Made by a program: the position numbers and the translations under genes. This document shows positions 39,201 through 47,092 of a DNA stretch of 64,000 nucleotides, piece by piece. Source of the DNA: Candidatus Limnocylindrales bacterium (GTDB lineage: Bacteria; Desulfobacterota; Binatia; UBA1149; CAITLU01); assembly GCA_035571835.1 (NCBI GenBank), contig DATNBU010000037.1:140753-204752 (forward strand). The letters are read 5' to 3'. The notes below the pieces were generated by a model that was given only the letters and a program-made list of their open reading frames with translations, had not been told where the DNA came from and made no database searches. The stretch's first letter is position 1. Each line of letters begins with the position of its first letter.

Positions 39201-39488
39201 GCGGCGCCGCTTTGGGTGTTGTCCCACGCGCCGAACAATTCTGCAGCTTGCGAGTCGTTGCTTACCGGCTCTCTCATCGCCGGCCATGTCGGCGACGGCC
39301 AGCTCGACCTCGGCATGATCGCATCCCAGGGATTCTCCGGACCCGTTGATATCGCGCGATGCCGCGTCGAGGTTACCGGCGATGTACGACCCAGCCAGTT
39401 CGCCGTCGAAATACCGGACGTGACCGACGCCGACGGCGCGCCGGTCTACCCGCCGCCGAAAGTGATGCTGAGAGTGATTGCGGAGTAA
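36270..39488 (+). CDS. Secreted BNR/Asp-box repeat protein with about eight C-terminal Myxococcus cysteine-rich DGxCD repeats and dockerin-like motifs
   Basis: Signal peptide; Asp-box motifs STDSGQLWS, TNDGGVTWT, SEDEGRTWK, STDGGRTWS; repeats CGNEIVDGFDECDDGN.../CGNGIVTEGEECDDGN.../CGDGYVDSEVEECDDGN...; CDVDGNLWISSRDALMTLGLSVG. Confidence 0.75.
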   Translation: MTKHLFALAALLVAASATTSAASHVMPVGHLFAASDYPNRYSWDFCTLGDGTGLKITTDFLQPDLAELRLEHRSAGGALISPALVIASGPIAESELYCGDSGEAIVKYRFSNDSCTRYRMVSSDHVHAGDERQAAPNGTCDVSPVFAFWSDGYTMAWGAYHPDAHTDIWAQGFDRDGSERYAPVVLSGDPSRWHSWPVLATDTDGNTLVSWAEGKDEHTDMVAAAIGKDGDPGAPVTFFGGGFDLVGNGPTRAAATNIGSYIVYWPASAAESLLGQHLVIEEIAPQPTTTSTTTSTTLENDVTPMFGDERGWGHGAAVWEIGPQLAGDGHGGWMASWSGSSENAWPFRPQFRYTSVSHDSGRRWSRPVPVGSDVATIVSDGAGEWLSIADAYHYQDVEPYHSHVIEIGRTQGGGSSWSETRAVADLPRDPDEDCSNYISALTLGRNHSDTLLAAWTQSTECDDSDRSTIRYDVYAIRSTDSGQLWSAPKLLYTDYDNVFRRNMSLTATGQDGWVLNVATGTAIRTNDGGVTWTEPEEFGFQDAACDASGYCVSVSDGGDGSHGWDADIFASVSEDEGRTWKPLAAVNDDALIDHSPDYSPRIATDGNGRWTVVWVSHRNLAGKLGFDADLLEAASTDGGRTWSAPRAVSVAAQNDGWTFDDYPVLAYGAGAWIALWQRRTVTENYEAFRSDARVAVADDNCGNEIVDGFDECDDGNTVNGDGCDNNCYVTACGNGIVTEGEECDDGNRLDDDACVADCVSASCGDGYVDSEVEECDDGNSDENDACTSACTIARCGDGFVARGSEECDDGNTSSEDDCLVTCEVARCGDGFILDGVEECDDANSNTSDGCPANCKQARCGDGFLWLGVEACDSGSSSGACPANCGVAGCGDANSDGERTAGDSMSILLHAVGRPNPCPMDQCDVDGNLWISSRDALMTLGLSVGIAYPTRCDLGPWLTVRLQDARTFGALQIHVDTSAAPLWVLSHAPNNSAACESLLTGSLIAGHVGDGQLDLGMIASQGFSGPVDIARCRVEVTGDVRPSQFAVEIPDVTDADGAPVYPPPKVMLRVIAE

Positions 39489-39493
39489 GCCAC

Positions 39494-40267
39494 GTGACCG
39501 AGTACGACCTGCGAGTGTTGCGTCTGATCCTGTTCGCATTCGCGGTTGCCGGAGCGCTCGTGCTGCAGAAACTCTCGCCACACAGCCGCTCGCCGGGCAG
39601 CATCCGTGTCAACGCAGGCCTGTGGCTGGTGAACGTCGCCGTCACCGGTACGATCTGCGGCGCCTGCGTGTGCAGTGCGGCTCGCTGGGCAACCGACAGC
39701 GGGATCGGTCTGTTCAACTGGTACTCGATTCCGGCATGGGCCGTATTTCCGGTCTCCGTCGCGTTTCTCGACCTCGTTTCCTACGGATGGCATCGAGCGA
39801 ATCATGCGATCCCGTTTCTTTGGCGGTGGCATCAGGTGCATCACTCGGACACGGCGTTCAGCGTGTCGACGGCGCTTCGATTTCATCCCGGCGAGCTGGT
39901 GCTGTCGCTTCCGGTGCGGCTGGCGGCGGTTGTCGCTCTCGGCGTTCCCGTGGCTGCGGTGGTGATCTTCGAAGTCGTTTTCACGTTCGCCAATGCGATC
40001 GAACACGGCGACATCGATCTTCCGAGCCGCGTCGAGGCGGCTGGTTCACGCCTGCTCGTCACACCGGCGCTTCACCGATGGCACCACACGACGGACGTGC
40101 ACGAGAGAGACAGTAATTTCGGGACGATCTTCTCGGTATGGGACAGATGGCTGGGCACGTACGCAGCCAACGATTCGGCGACGGCAGTGCGAACGGGTTT
40201 GCCGGGCCTGTCCGGCGTAACGCTCGGCGCGGCGTTGTTCATGCCGCTGCGTCGCACTCCGGGCTGA
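39494..40267 (+). CDS. Fatty acid hydroxylase / sterol desaturase-family membrane protein
   Basis: His boxes HRANH, HQVHHSD, HRWHH; GTG start after the upstream stop. Confidence 0.7.
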   Translation: MTEYDLRVLRLILFAFAVAGALVLQKLSPHSRSPGSIRVNAGLWLVNVAVTGTICGACVCSAARWATDSGIGLFNWYSIPAWAVFPVSVAFLDLVSYGWHRANHAIPFLWRWHQVHHSDTAFSVSTALRFHPGELVLSLPVRLAAVVALGVPVAAVVIFEVVFTFANAIEHGDIDLPSRVEAAGSRLLVTPALHRWHHTTDVHERDSNFGTIFSVWDRWLGTYAANDSATAVRTGLPGLSGVTLGAALFMPLRRTPG

Positions 40268-40286
40268 CCGTCTCGGAGGATCGCGA

Positions 40287-40478
40287 TTACGATCTTTCGC
40301 GCAGAGCCATCTTGACGCCGGCCACGTACGTTACGCACGCTCCGACAATCGAAAAAGCGAAGCCGATCGTAAGGTCGTTGACTCCGGCGATGCAGCTGCG
40401 CGGGATCACGAAGCCGTAGCCGATGACGACGGTTGGAATGACGTAGCCGACAAGCGGCACTATGAGTTTGCCGCTCAC
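40287..40478 (-). CDS. Small membrane protein (63 aa), translationally coupled to the upstream acyltransferase
   Basis: GTG overlaps the upstream TGA (GTGA); GGAGG 6 nt upstream; hydrophobic LIVPLVGYVIPTVVIGYGFVI...FAFSIVGACVTYVAG. Confidence 0.4.
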   Translation of the reverse strand: MSGKLIVPLVGYVIPTVVIGYGFVIPRSCIAGVNDLTIGFAFSIVGACVTYVAGVKMALRERS

Positions 40479-42160
40479 GACTCGCCTCCGGTCTCGCGTG
40501 AAAGATTGCAGCGGCGATCCTCGGTGCCGGTACGAATCCATGTCGTCGTCCGGCCGAGCAGGTGAAAGCCGATGTATCCGCGCACGAGCAGGCGATCGTC
40601 ATCTTCGAGCGCGGCCACGCAGTGATAGGTTCGCCCGCTGGTCGGGTCGTAGATGGTTCCTCCGTCCCAGGTGCCGTCGCCGATCGGACGGAGCCCGCTG
40701 AGAATGTCGATTCCGATCACGGATCGCTCGCGCAGCGCGGGGTCGGGGTTCTGCCTGTCGCTCAGCGTGCAGCCGTTTTCGTCGAACGGAGAACGCAGCC
40801 AGACCACGCGCCCGCACAGCGCCTCTCCGCAGTAGTCCACCTCGACCTGCGCCGCGCCGCCTTCGGCATACCAGCGGCCGACTGGCGACGGCGCGGCAGA
40901 GGCGCCGATGACCGAAACGAGCAGCGCAAGGATCGCCGCCGCAGTTGCCGCGGCAACAACGCGAGGCTGCCTCACCGGACACGCGAGAGGCCGCATCCCG
41001 AACAGGATGCGCAGCGGCTGCAGCGGTTTCACGACGAAGTGATAGACGGCAAAAATCAGCGTGAACGAGGTTGCCAGTATGAGCAGAAACTTCGGAGCGA
41101 TCCCGAGCGGGAGCTGGACGATCCAGTAGCCGGGATAAACGATCGCGGCCTGGTGAAGCACGTAGATGGGGAGCGCAGCCTCCGAGAGGTAGCGGAGCGC
41201 AGGCGTCGAGAACGACAGATGACGACGCGCGAGGCCGAGCAGCGCGACGATGAACGTCCATCCGGCAATTGCGCTTCCGGCCAGCAGGACAGGTGGCGAT
41301 GAGTACAGTCCGACAATTCCGCCGAGCAGAACGAGACACGTGCCCAGACCGACGACGAGCGCGCGCTTCCATTCGTTGTGAAGCAGCGCCTCGATGCGTG
41401 CATCCCAGCCGATCGCGAAGCCGGAACACAGGAACGTCAGGTAGAACGCCACATTGGCCCAGTCGTTGTACAGATTCTGAATTCCCGGCCAGTAAGGCCG
41501 CATCGTGACCTGGATCAGCACCAGCAGCGGCACCGGCAACCAGGCCATCCACGGTCGCAACTCGAAGGTCGGACGTGCGGCCCGCGCCCAGCGTACGAGC
41601 AGCGGGAGCAGAATGACCGTGAACGTGAACAGATAAGCGATGAACCACAGGTGCGCCCACGTGAAGCGATCGAGGTGTGTGAAAAACGTTGGAAAGAACG
41701 TTCCGAACGATTCGTGAAACTCCGGCATGCCCGGCAGACCCGAGGGAATGACCTGCCGGAACCCCGGCTGAAGAGCGTCGGTAACTCTCAACCCGCTGTG
41801 GCTCAGATCCATGCCGCTGCGAAGCTCGAGATACTTGATCCCCGGCATGAACAGCACGATGCCCGTCAGCAACGGAACTCCGATGCGCGCACATCGTTCC
41901 TTGAAAATCTCGAAGCCGCTGCGCGCACCGATGGCCTTGGCAAGCGACCAGCCGGCGAGCACGAAGAACAGCGGCATGTGCCACAGGCTGACGAAGCCGC
42001 AGAACACGACCATCAGGAACGAAAGGTCGCTGTTTCGGATGTGGTAGAACGGCGCAGGGTTGAAGACCATTGCCGTGTGGAACACGACGACGAGCAGGGT
42101 GGCGAGCACACGAAGCCAGTCGATATCGGGACGACGATCGGAAAGCGCAGGGGATGTCAT
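40475..42160 (-). CDS. Acyltransferase family 3 membrane protein fused to a C-terminal DUF2147 domain
   Basis: IDWLRVLATLLVVVFH acyltransferase_3 start motif with ~10 TM helices; C-terminal GRWYAEGGAAQVEVDYCGEALCGRVVWL...GTWDGGTIYDPTSGRTYHC (DUF2147-like); AGGAG SD. Confidence 0.75.
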   Translation of the reverse strand: MTSPALSDRRPDIDWLRVLATLLVVVFHTAMVFNPAPFYHIRNSDLSFLMVVFCGFVSLWHMPLFFVLAGWSLAKAIGARSGFEIFKERCARIGVPLLTGIVLFMPGIKYLELRSGMDLSHSGLRVTDALQPGFRQVIPSGLPGMPEFHESFGTFFPTFFTHLDRFTWAHLWFIAYLFTFTVILLPLLVRWARAARPTFELRPWMAWLPVPLLVLIQVTMRPYWPGIQNLYNDWANVAFYLTFLCSGFAIGWDARIEALLHNEWKRALVVGLGTCLVLLGGIVGLYSSPPVLLAGSAIAGWTFIVALLGLARRHLSFSTPALRYLSEAALPIYVLHQAAIVYPGYWIVQLPLGIAPKFLLILATSFTLIFAVYHFVVKPLQPLRILFGMRPLACPVRQPRVVAAATAAAILALLVSVIGASAAPSPVGRWYAEGGAAQVEVDYCGEALCGRVVWLRSPFDENGCTLSDRQNPDPALRERSVIGIDILSGLRPIGDGTWDGGTIYDPTSGRTYHCVAALEDDDRLLVRGYIGFHLLGRTTTWIRTGTEDRRCNLSRETGGES

Positions 42161-42876
42161 GCGGTTTTCTCCTTGATGAGCGATCGAACGAGAAGCTGAA
42201 CCACCGTCTCGCGGGCGGCAGTCTCGCTGATTTCCGGCGAGCCGGCCGTTGCCGGCGGCAGATCCCAGTGGCGATGAACCGCCCAGAAGACGATGGTTTC
42301 GAGCACGAGGCGCGCTGTGACGCCGACGTCGCCGGGTTTCACGAAATGGCCGCGACGCGCGCGTTCTTCGATGTAGGTTTCGAGAAGGCGCAGGATTCCG
42401 CCGCGTCCGCCTTCGAGCCACAGCGCCGCAATCTCGGGGTAGTCGCGAGCCGAGCTGTCGAGGAGCTTGAGGCGGCGACGGTTGCGCGCAAGCACGTCGT
42501 AAAGATCGAAAAGAATGGTCGAGAACTCTTCGCCGGCGTTTCGCACCTGTCGTCGCGTAAGAGCCGCCATGAGCGACGGCAGCTCGGAGCTCCGCGCGAG
42601 CTCTGTGCGAACGTATGCGAGAGTTTCTTCCGCTTTTGGAGTCGGGAGCGGAAGAGACGGAGGCGCGGACTGCGCTTCCGGATTGTCTATGTAGCGTAGA
42701 GCCGCATCGAACAGGGCCTCCTTGCTCGCGACGTAGAGGTAGAGAGTCCCCTTGGCTACTCCCATGGCGGACGCGACGTCCGCCATCTGCGTACGGCGAT
42801 ATCCCTGCTCGATGAAGACCGCAGCAGCGGCATCCAGGACCTTTTGAAACTTGTCGTCGGGACGGCGGCGAGGCAT
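42157..42876 (-). CDS. TetR family transcriptional regulator
   Basis: HTH FIEQGYRRTQMADVASAMGVAKGTLYLYVASKEALF; stop overlaps the downstream start (ATGA). Confidence 0.8.
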   Translation of the reverse strand: MPRRRPDDKFQKVLDAAAAVFIEQGYRRTQMADVASAMGVAKGTLYLYVASKEALFDAALRYIDNPEAQSAPPSLPLPTPKAEETLAYVRTELARSSELPSLMAALTRRQVRNAGEEFSTILFDLYDVLARNRRRLKLLDSSARDYPEIAALWLEGGRGGILRLLETYIEERARRGHFVKPGDVGVTARLVLETIVFWAVHRHWDLPPATAGSPEISETAARETVVQLLVRSLIKEKTA

Positions 42877-42990
42877 GCCGTCTTGTATAACTGACCGAGT
42901 CAGTCAGTCAAGGGCTTTCGCACGGGTGCCGAGGCCTATCGGCCTGCTCGCGCCCAAGCCCCTGTTTTTATGGACGATGCGTGGCCGCGC

Positions 42991-43983
42991 TCATCGCGCC
43001 GCATCCATCGTGATCCCGCGGCGAAGCTGCTCGTCGCCGTCCTCGAAGTCCGGCGCCGCGAGCCAGAGGCGAAGGAGATGCCTCTTCCGCTCGGGCTCGT
43101 CCCAGTCCTGGTAGGCAGTGCGCTTGTGAAGGATCACCGCGTTCTTCAGCCACTGGACGTCGCCCGGCTGAAACTCCATGTCGAGATAGAGAGAAGCATC
43201 ATTGGCGGTCTGCTCCATCGTCTCGATCGCTGCGGTCTGCGCGGAAGTCATCGCTGGAACGTCAGGCAGCTCCTGTGCGCGCCGGATGTACCACGGGATG
43301 AACGCGGTATTCAGGGCCTCGCCGCGCCTCGAGCAGATCGGCCGCGCGAAGTGCATCGGGGCCGGCATCTGCGGCTCGAAGTAGTGCCAGTGGAAATCCT
43401 CGAACAGCTGCGGGGCGATGTCCGGCCGGCGACGCAGGACTTCGTTGTAGACGGTCACCGAGCTTACGATGCGGCTCTGTCCGCCGGTCCTCGACGTCTT
43501 GAGACAGAGAAGACCGATGATGTCGGCTCCGTCGGTGTGAAAGTCCTGCTCGGCTTTGGTCTTGTAGAGCCGCGTCGACGGATCGTCCGGATCTGCTCCG
43601 GTATCGCGAATGTCGGTCAGCAGCTCGCCGGCAAAATTCTGCGGCACCGGGCTTCCGAGCTCGCGGCCAAGCAGCCAGTAGACTGCCGCAGCTTCGCTCT
43701 CGCTCATTCTGCCGACGGGAAGCCCGCGCACCAGAACGAAGCCGCGTCCGCGATGAAGCACTTCGCGCCATTGTCTCGCGGCATTCGCGAGTGTTCCGAG
43801 CGGAACTGCATTCCGTTCGAGGGATGTCACTTTCGTTCCTGCCGAACGTACGGCTGCGGCAACGCGCAGCGCATCGTCCACTTCGGCGTTACTCAGTTGA
43901 TAAATCCAATCGGCCGTTTTCGACATTTCGCGGCCGGTCCAGGCTGCGGGGTTCTCGAACGGCGAGGGCGTGCTCGATTCCAT
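42991..43983 (-). CDS. TauD/TfdA-family Fe(II)/2-oxoglutarate dioxygenase
   Basis: HTDGAD (HxD) motif; 330 aa; TauD-like overall. Confidence 0.75.
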   Translation of the reverse strand: MESSTPSPFENPAAWTGREMSKTADWIYQLSNAEVDDALRVAAAVRSAGTKVTSLERNAVPLGTLANAARQWREVLHRGRGFVLVRGLPVGRMSESEAAAVYWLLGRELGSPVPQNFAGELLTDIRDTGADPDDPSTRLYKTKAEQDFHTDGADIIGLLCLKTSRTGGQSRIVSSVTVYNEVLRRRPDIAPQLFEDFHWHYFEPQMPAPMHFARPICSRRGEALNTAFIPWYIRRAQELPDVPAMTSAQTAAIETMEQTANDASLYLDMEFQPGDVQWLKNAVILHKRTAYQDWDEPERKRHLLRLWLAAPDFEDGDEQLRRGITMDAAR

Positions 43984-44004
43984 GGAAGGCTCCTCGAAAT
44001 GTGA

Positions 44005-44664
44005 CTACAGACGTGTGGCTACGACCGCGTCCGACGGAACCAGAAACGGTGCGAGGGACCGATGCCAGGCGACTGACCAGCGATCTGCGGCAAGAAAGGG
44101 CAGGAGATCGATCGGCCGGCAACCGCCGACAACCTCCGGTGCCATACGATGAATCGTGGACCACACGCCTGCGATCACGTGCGAGTACCATGAATTGCCG
44201 GTGCCGAGACTGGCGAGACAGAGAAGACCGCCGGGCTTCAGCATCCGGTGCGCCTCGGCGAGTACCGCGGCGATGTCGTCTTCCGAGAGCAGGTCGAAAA
44301 CGAAATTGGAGAGCCAGCGATCGTAATGTCCGCTCGGCTCGTCGACCGGCGGCCCGCCTTCCGACAATGCAACTTCTGCGCGAGCACCAAAACGCGCGAG
44401 CCGGCGGCTCGCGAGCCCGATCATAGTCGGGCTCAGATCGATGCCGCGGTAGGTTGCGGTGGCGGGGAGGCGCTCCGCAAGAAGCGATTCCGCGAAGCGC
44501 CCCGTTCCGCACCCGAACTCGAACACCGCCGACGCTTTCTCGAAGCATCCGTGCGTAACCAGCTCGCGCGTCGTCCTGTCTTCGTAGAACGCCTGCGAGT
44601 CCTGGAACGAACCGATCCGGTCGTACACGCGACGGGCGTCGCGATGCGAAAGCGCCGTGGTCAT
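44005..44664 (-). CDS. Class I SAM-dependent methyltransferase
   Basis: Motif I VFEFGCGTGRF; start at M51 of the listed ORF, 8 nt after the upstream stop. Confidence 0.7.
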   Translation of the reverse strand: MTTALSHRDARRVYDRIGSFQDSQAFYEDRTTRELVTHGCFEKASAVFEFGCGTGRFAESLLAERLPATATYRGIDLSPTMIGLASRRLARFGARAEVALSEGGPPVDEPSGHYDRWLSNFVFDLLSEDDIAAVLAEAHRMLKPGGLLCLASLGTGNSWYSHVIAGVWSTIHRMAPEVVGGCRPIDLLPFLAADRWSVAWHRSLAPFLVPSDAVVATRL

Positions 44665-44671
44665 CTGCCGG

Positions 44672-45178
44672 TCAGCTCGCGCAGCTGCCCTGCGAAAGAC
44701 CGTCCGGCACGCAGCAGCCCGCGGATGTGCCCGTATCGATGTCGTTCGCAGCTGCGGCGCTGCTGGTCTGCCCGAGGAACGAACGCAGGGAAATGTCTGC
44801 GGCCGTCTCGGCATCGCTGTCTTCGATCAATGCGTACATCTCCCACGGAATGCCGTCGGCGTCGCGAATCCAGAACTTGTCGGCTTTGGCATAGCAGCAC
44901 GTGGTCGCGGTCTGCTGAAGAAGGGGAATCTCGGCCTGCTTGACGCGCACCATCTCGGTCGCGACCTGGCCGGTGTCACTGTAGCGGATGCCGAGGTGGC
45001 TCAGCTTGCCGGGCTCGCCTCCGATGTTGAGCGAGAAGATGACCGGCGGGTCGGACAGCTCGAACTTCGCATAGTCGTGGCGAACCTTGGCCGGTTCGAT
45101 GCCGAGAAGCTTGCGGTACTGCTCGACGGCCTGGGGGATATCCTGGACGTAGACGGCGACATGGAAGGTATTGGACAT
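44672..45178 (-). CDS. VOC/glyoxalase-family protein with a vicinal Cys pair (ArsI-like candidate C-As lyase)
   Basis: Glyoxalase-like fold; TATTCCYAKADKFWIRDADGIPWEMYAL; AGGAGG 8 nt before the internal ATG; adjacent to arsR-aqp. Confidence 0.55.
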   Translation of the reverse strand: MSNTFHVAVYVQDIPQAVEQYRKLLGIEPAKVRHDYAKFELSDPPVIFSLNIGGEPGKLSHLGIRYSDTGQVATEMVRVKQAEIPLLQQTATTCCYAKADKFWIRDADGIPWEMYALIEDSDAETAADISLRSFLGQTSSAAAANDIDTGTSAGCCVPDGLSQGSCAS

Positions 45179-45260
45179 GGTGGTTTCCTCCTGGGGATAT
45201 TGCTGGGGGATATTGACGTTCGTCGATATTGCATCGGACATCGAAGTCTGTCAATATCCT

Positions 45261-45650
45261 CGCATGAAGAAAATCAGTCCCTGCTGTCCTCCGGTCCTCC
45301 ACGCGACGCTCAGCCAGAGCGAGGCGGCCGAGCTCGCGACCACGCTCAAGGCGCTGGCCGATCCTGTAAGGCTTCGCATTCTCAGTCTCATCGCCGCGCA
45401 GCCCGACGCCGAGGCATGCGTCTGTCATCTGACCGAGCCGATCGGCTTGTCGCAGCCGACGATGACGCATCACCTGCAGATCCTTCACGGAGCGGGGATT
45501 CTCGAACGCGACAAGCGAGGGGCGTGGGTCTACTACAGGATCGTTGCCGATCGTCTCGAAGAAGTGCGTCGCGCGCTCGCCACGCGCATTCCGAAGCAGT
45601 CCGTCGCGAAACACTCCGCCGCTAAGCGCGCCATCGCGAAGCGCGCATGA
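45261..45650 (+). CDS. arsR: ArsR/SmtB family metalloregulator
   Basis: ALADPVRLRILSLIAAQPDAEACVCHLTEPIGLSQPTMTHHLQIL; N-terminal PCCPP. Confidence 0.85.
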   Translation, partial: RMKKISPCCPPVLHATLSQSEAAELATTLKALADPVRLRILSLIAAQPDAEACVCHLTEPIGLSQPTMTHHLQILHGAGILERDKRGAWVYYRIVADRLEEVRRALATRIPKQSVAKHSAAKRAIAKRA

Positions 45651-46348
45651 CCGATCGTGAGACCCCGTCGCTTGCCCGACGGGTCGCAGCCGAAGGAGTC
45701 GGAACGTGTTTCCTGCTCGCCGCGGTGGTCGGTTCGGGAATCATGGCCGAGCGGCTCTTTCCAGGAAGCGTCGGACTCGCGCTGCTCGCGAATGCGATTG
45801 CGACAGGAGCTGCCCTCGCCGCTCTGATCCTGACGTTCGGGCCCATCTCCGGCGCGCACTTCAATCCCGCCGTGACGTTCTCGTCGGTATTCAATCGCGA
45901 GCTGTCGAGCACGGATCTGCCGTTCTATCTGATCGCGCAGCTCGTCGGAGCTGTCGTCGGAGTGATCCTCGCGAACCTGATGTTCGAGCTCCCGGCAATC
46001 TCTCTTTCGCAGCACGCGCGACACGGCTTCGGACAGATCCTGAGTGAATTGGTCGCAACCTTCGGCCTGCTGACGGTGATTCTTGGCTCTTCGCGGTCCA
46101 GATCGTCCGAGGTCGTGGCGATAGCCGTCGCGGCGTACATCACCGCGGCGTACTGGTTCACGGCGTCGACGTCGTTCGCCAATCCGGCGGTCACCATTGC
46201 CCGCTCGCTCAGCGATACGTTCGCTGGCATCGCGCCGGCGGATGTCGCGGGGTTCGTCGGCGTGCAGATGCTGGGAGCGGCTGCGGCGACACTGCTTTTT
46301 CGGTGGCTTATTTCCGGCATCCCCGTCGTTACTCGCATCGGTGAATAG
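45647..46348 (+). CDS. MIP-family aquaglyceroporin (AqpS-like arsenite channel)
   Basis: Two NPA boxes (HFNPAVT, FANPAVT); start overlaps the arsR stop (ATGA). Confidence 0.85.
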   Translation: MTDRETPSLARRVAAEGVGTCFLLAAVVGSGIMAERLFPGSVGLALLANAIATGAALAALILTFGPISGAHFNPAVTFSSVFNRELSSTDLPFYLIAQLVGAVVGVILANLMFELPAISLSQHARHGFGQILSELVATFGLLTVILGSSRSRSSEVVAIAVAAYITAAYWFTASTSFANPAVTIARSLSDTFAGIAPADVAGFVGVQMLGAAAATLLFRWLISGIPVVTRIGE

Positions 46349-46437
46349 TCTCCGAAGGCGACGTCCCGATGTGTCTCGCACTTTTATGATGTTGGAGTAA
46401 TTGACAACACTGCCACACGGTATCATGCTCCATCTGC

Positions 46438-46734
46438 ATGGTTGCGCGGGCGCTGCTCCGGCGACGGGTGATTGTTGCCGCGGATGCCTTCGTCGATCTG
46501 GTAGTATGGGACGTCCCGAACCCTGTTCCGCCATCCTGGCATGGCTTCAAGTATCGCCTTGCCTATGTCGTAGCTGGCGACTGTGTGCTGAGGTACGACA
46601 ACGAGCGTGGCAAGGGCGACCACAGGCACTTCGGCGCACGAGTGACGCACTATCGATTCTCGTCGCCGGAACGTCTGATGGAAGACTTTCTTGCGGATGT
46701 TGAGAGGTGGAATCGTGAACACCGTCGTTCTTGA
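46438..46734 (+). CDS. Hypothetical protein (conserved-looking RYDNERGKGDHRH motif)
   Basis: 98 aa; start region low in GC; overlaps the start of the next ORF. Confidence 0.4.
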   Translation: MVARALLRRRVIVAADAFVDLVVWDVPNPVPPSWHGFKYRLAYVVAGDCVLRYDNERGKGDHRHFGARVTHYRFSSPERLMEDFLADVERWNREHRRS

Positions 46735-47059
46735 AGTGAGACCGTTGGCCGAAACTCTCGCTGAAGCAGCCCGCGCGATGAAGGAACGACGAGGCGAGAG
46801 GCGAGCGCGCATCTCCTTCGCCTCGCCGGAACTGCTCTGGAAGGTACTCACTGCGAAGAGGTGGGACCTGCTCAGGGCGATGTGTGGTGCTGGTCCGGTT
46901 TCCATTCGCGAAGCCGCGCGACGGGTTGGCCGGGACGTAAAGGCGGTTCACGCCGATGTCACTGCATTGCTCGATGCTGGATTGCTCGATCGGACGGAAG
47001 AAGGCGTCGAGTTCCCATTCCGCGCGGTCAAGGTGGAGTTCGTGCTCGAAGCGGCGTAG
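46691..47059 (+). CDS. Putative winged-helix DNA-binding protein
   Basis: wHTH-like VSIREAARRVGRDVKAVHADVTALLDAGLL; the likely start is an internal GTG (~46718/46730) overlapping the upstream stop. Confidence 0.4.
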   Translation: MRMLRGGIVNTVVLEVRPLAETLAEAARAMKERRGERRARISFASPELLWKVLTAKRWDLLRAMCGAGPVSIREAARRVGRDVKAVHADVTALLDAGLLDRTEEGVEFPFRAVKVEFVLEAA

Positions 47060-47092
47060 TTCGTCCGGCCGTCGGGAATCTATTTGAAGCGA

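Noticed and set aside
21771-39488. MYXO-CTERM or other C-terminal sorting signals on the secreted Cys-rich proteins
   Set aside because: None of the C-termini shows a Gly/Cys-rich block + TM + basic tail; no sortase/exosortase-type tag visible.
37725-39581. 618-aa minus-strand ORF
   Set aside because: Antisense of the BNR/Cys-repeat gene 36270..39488.
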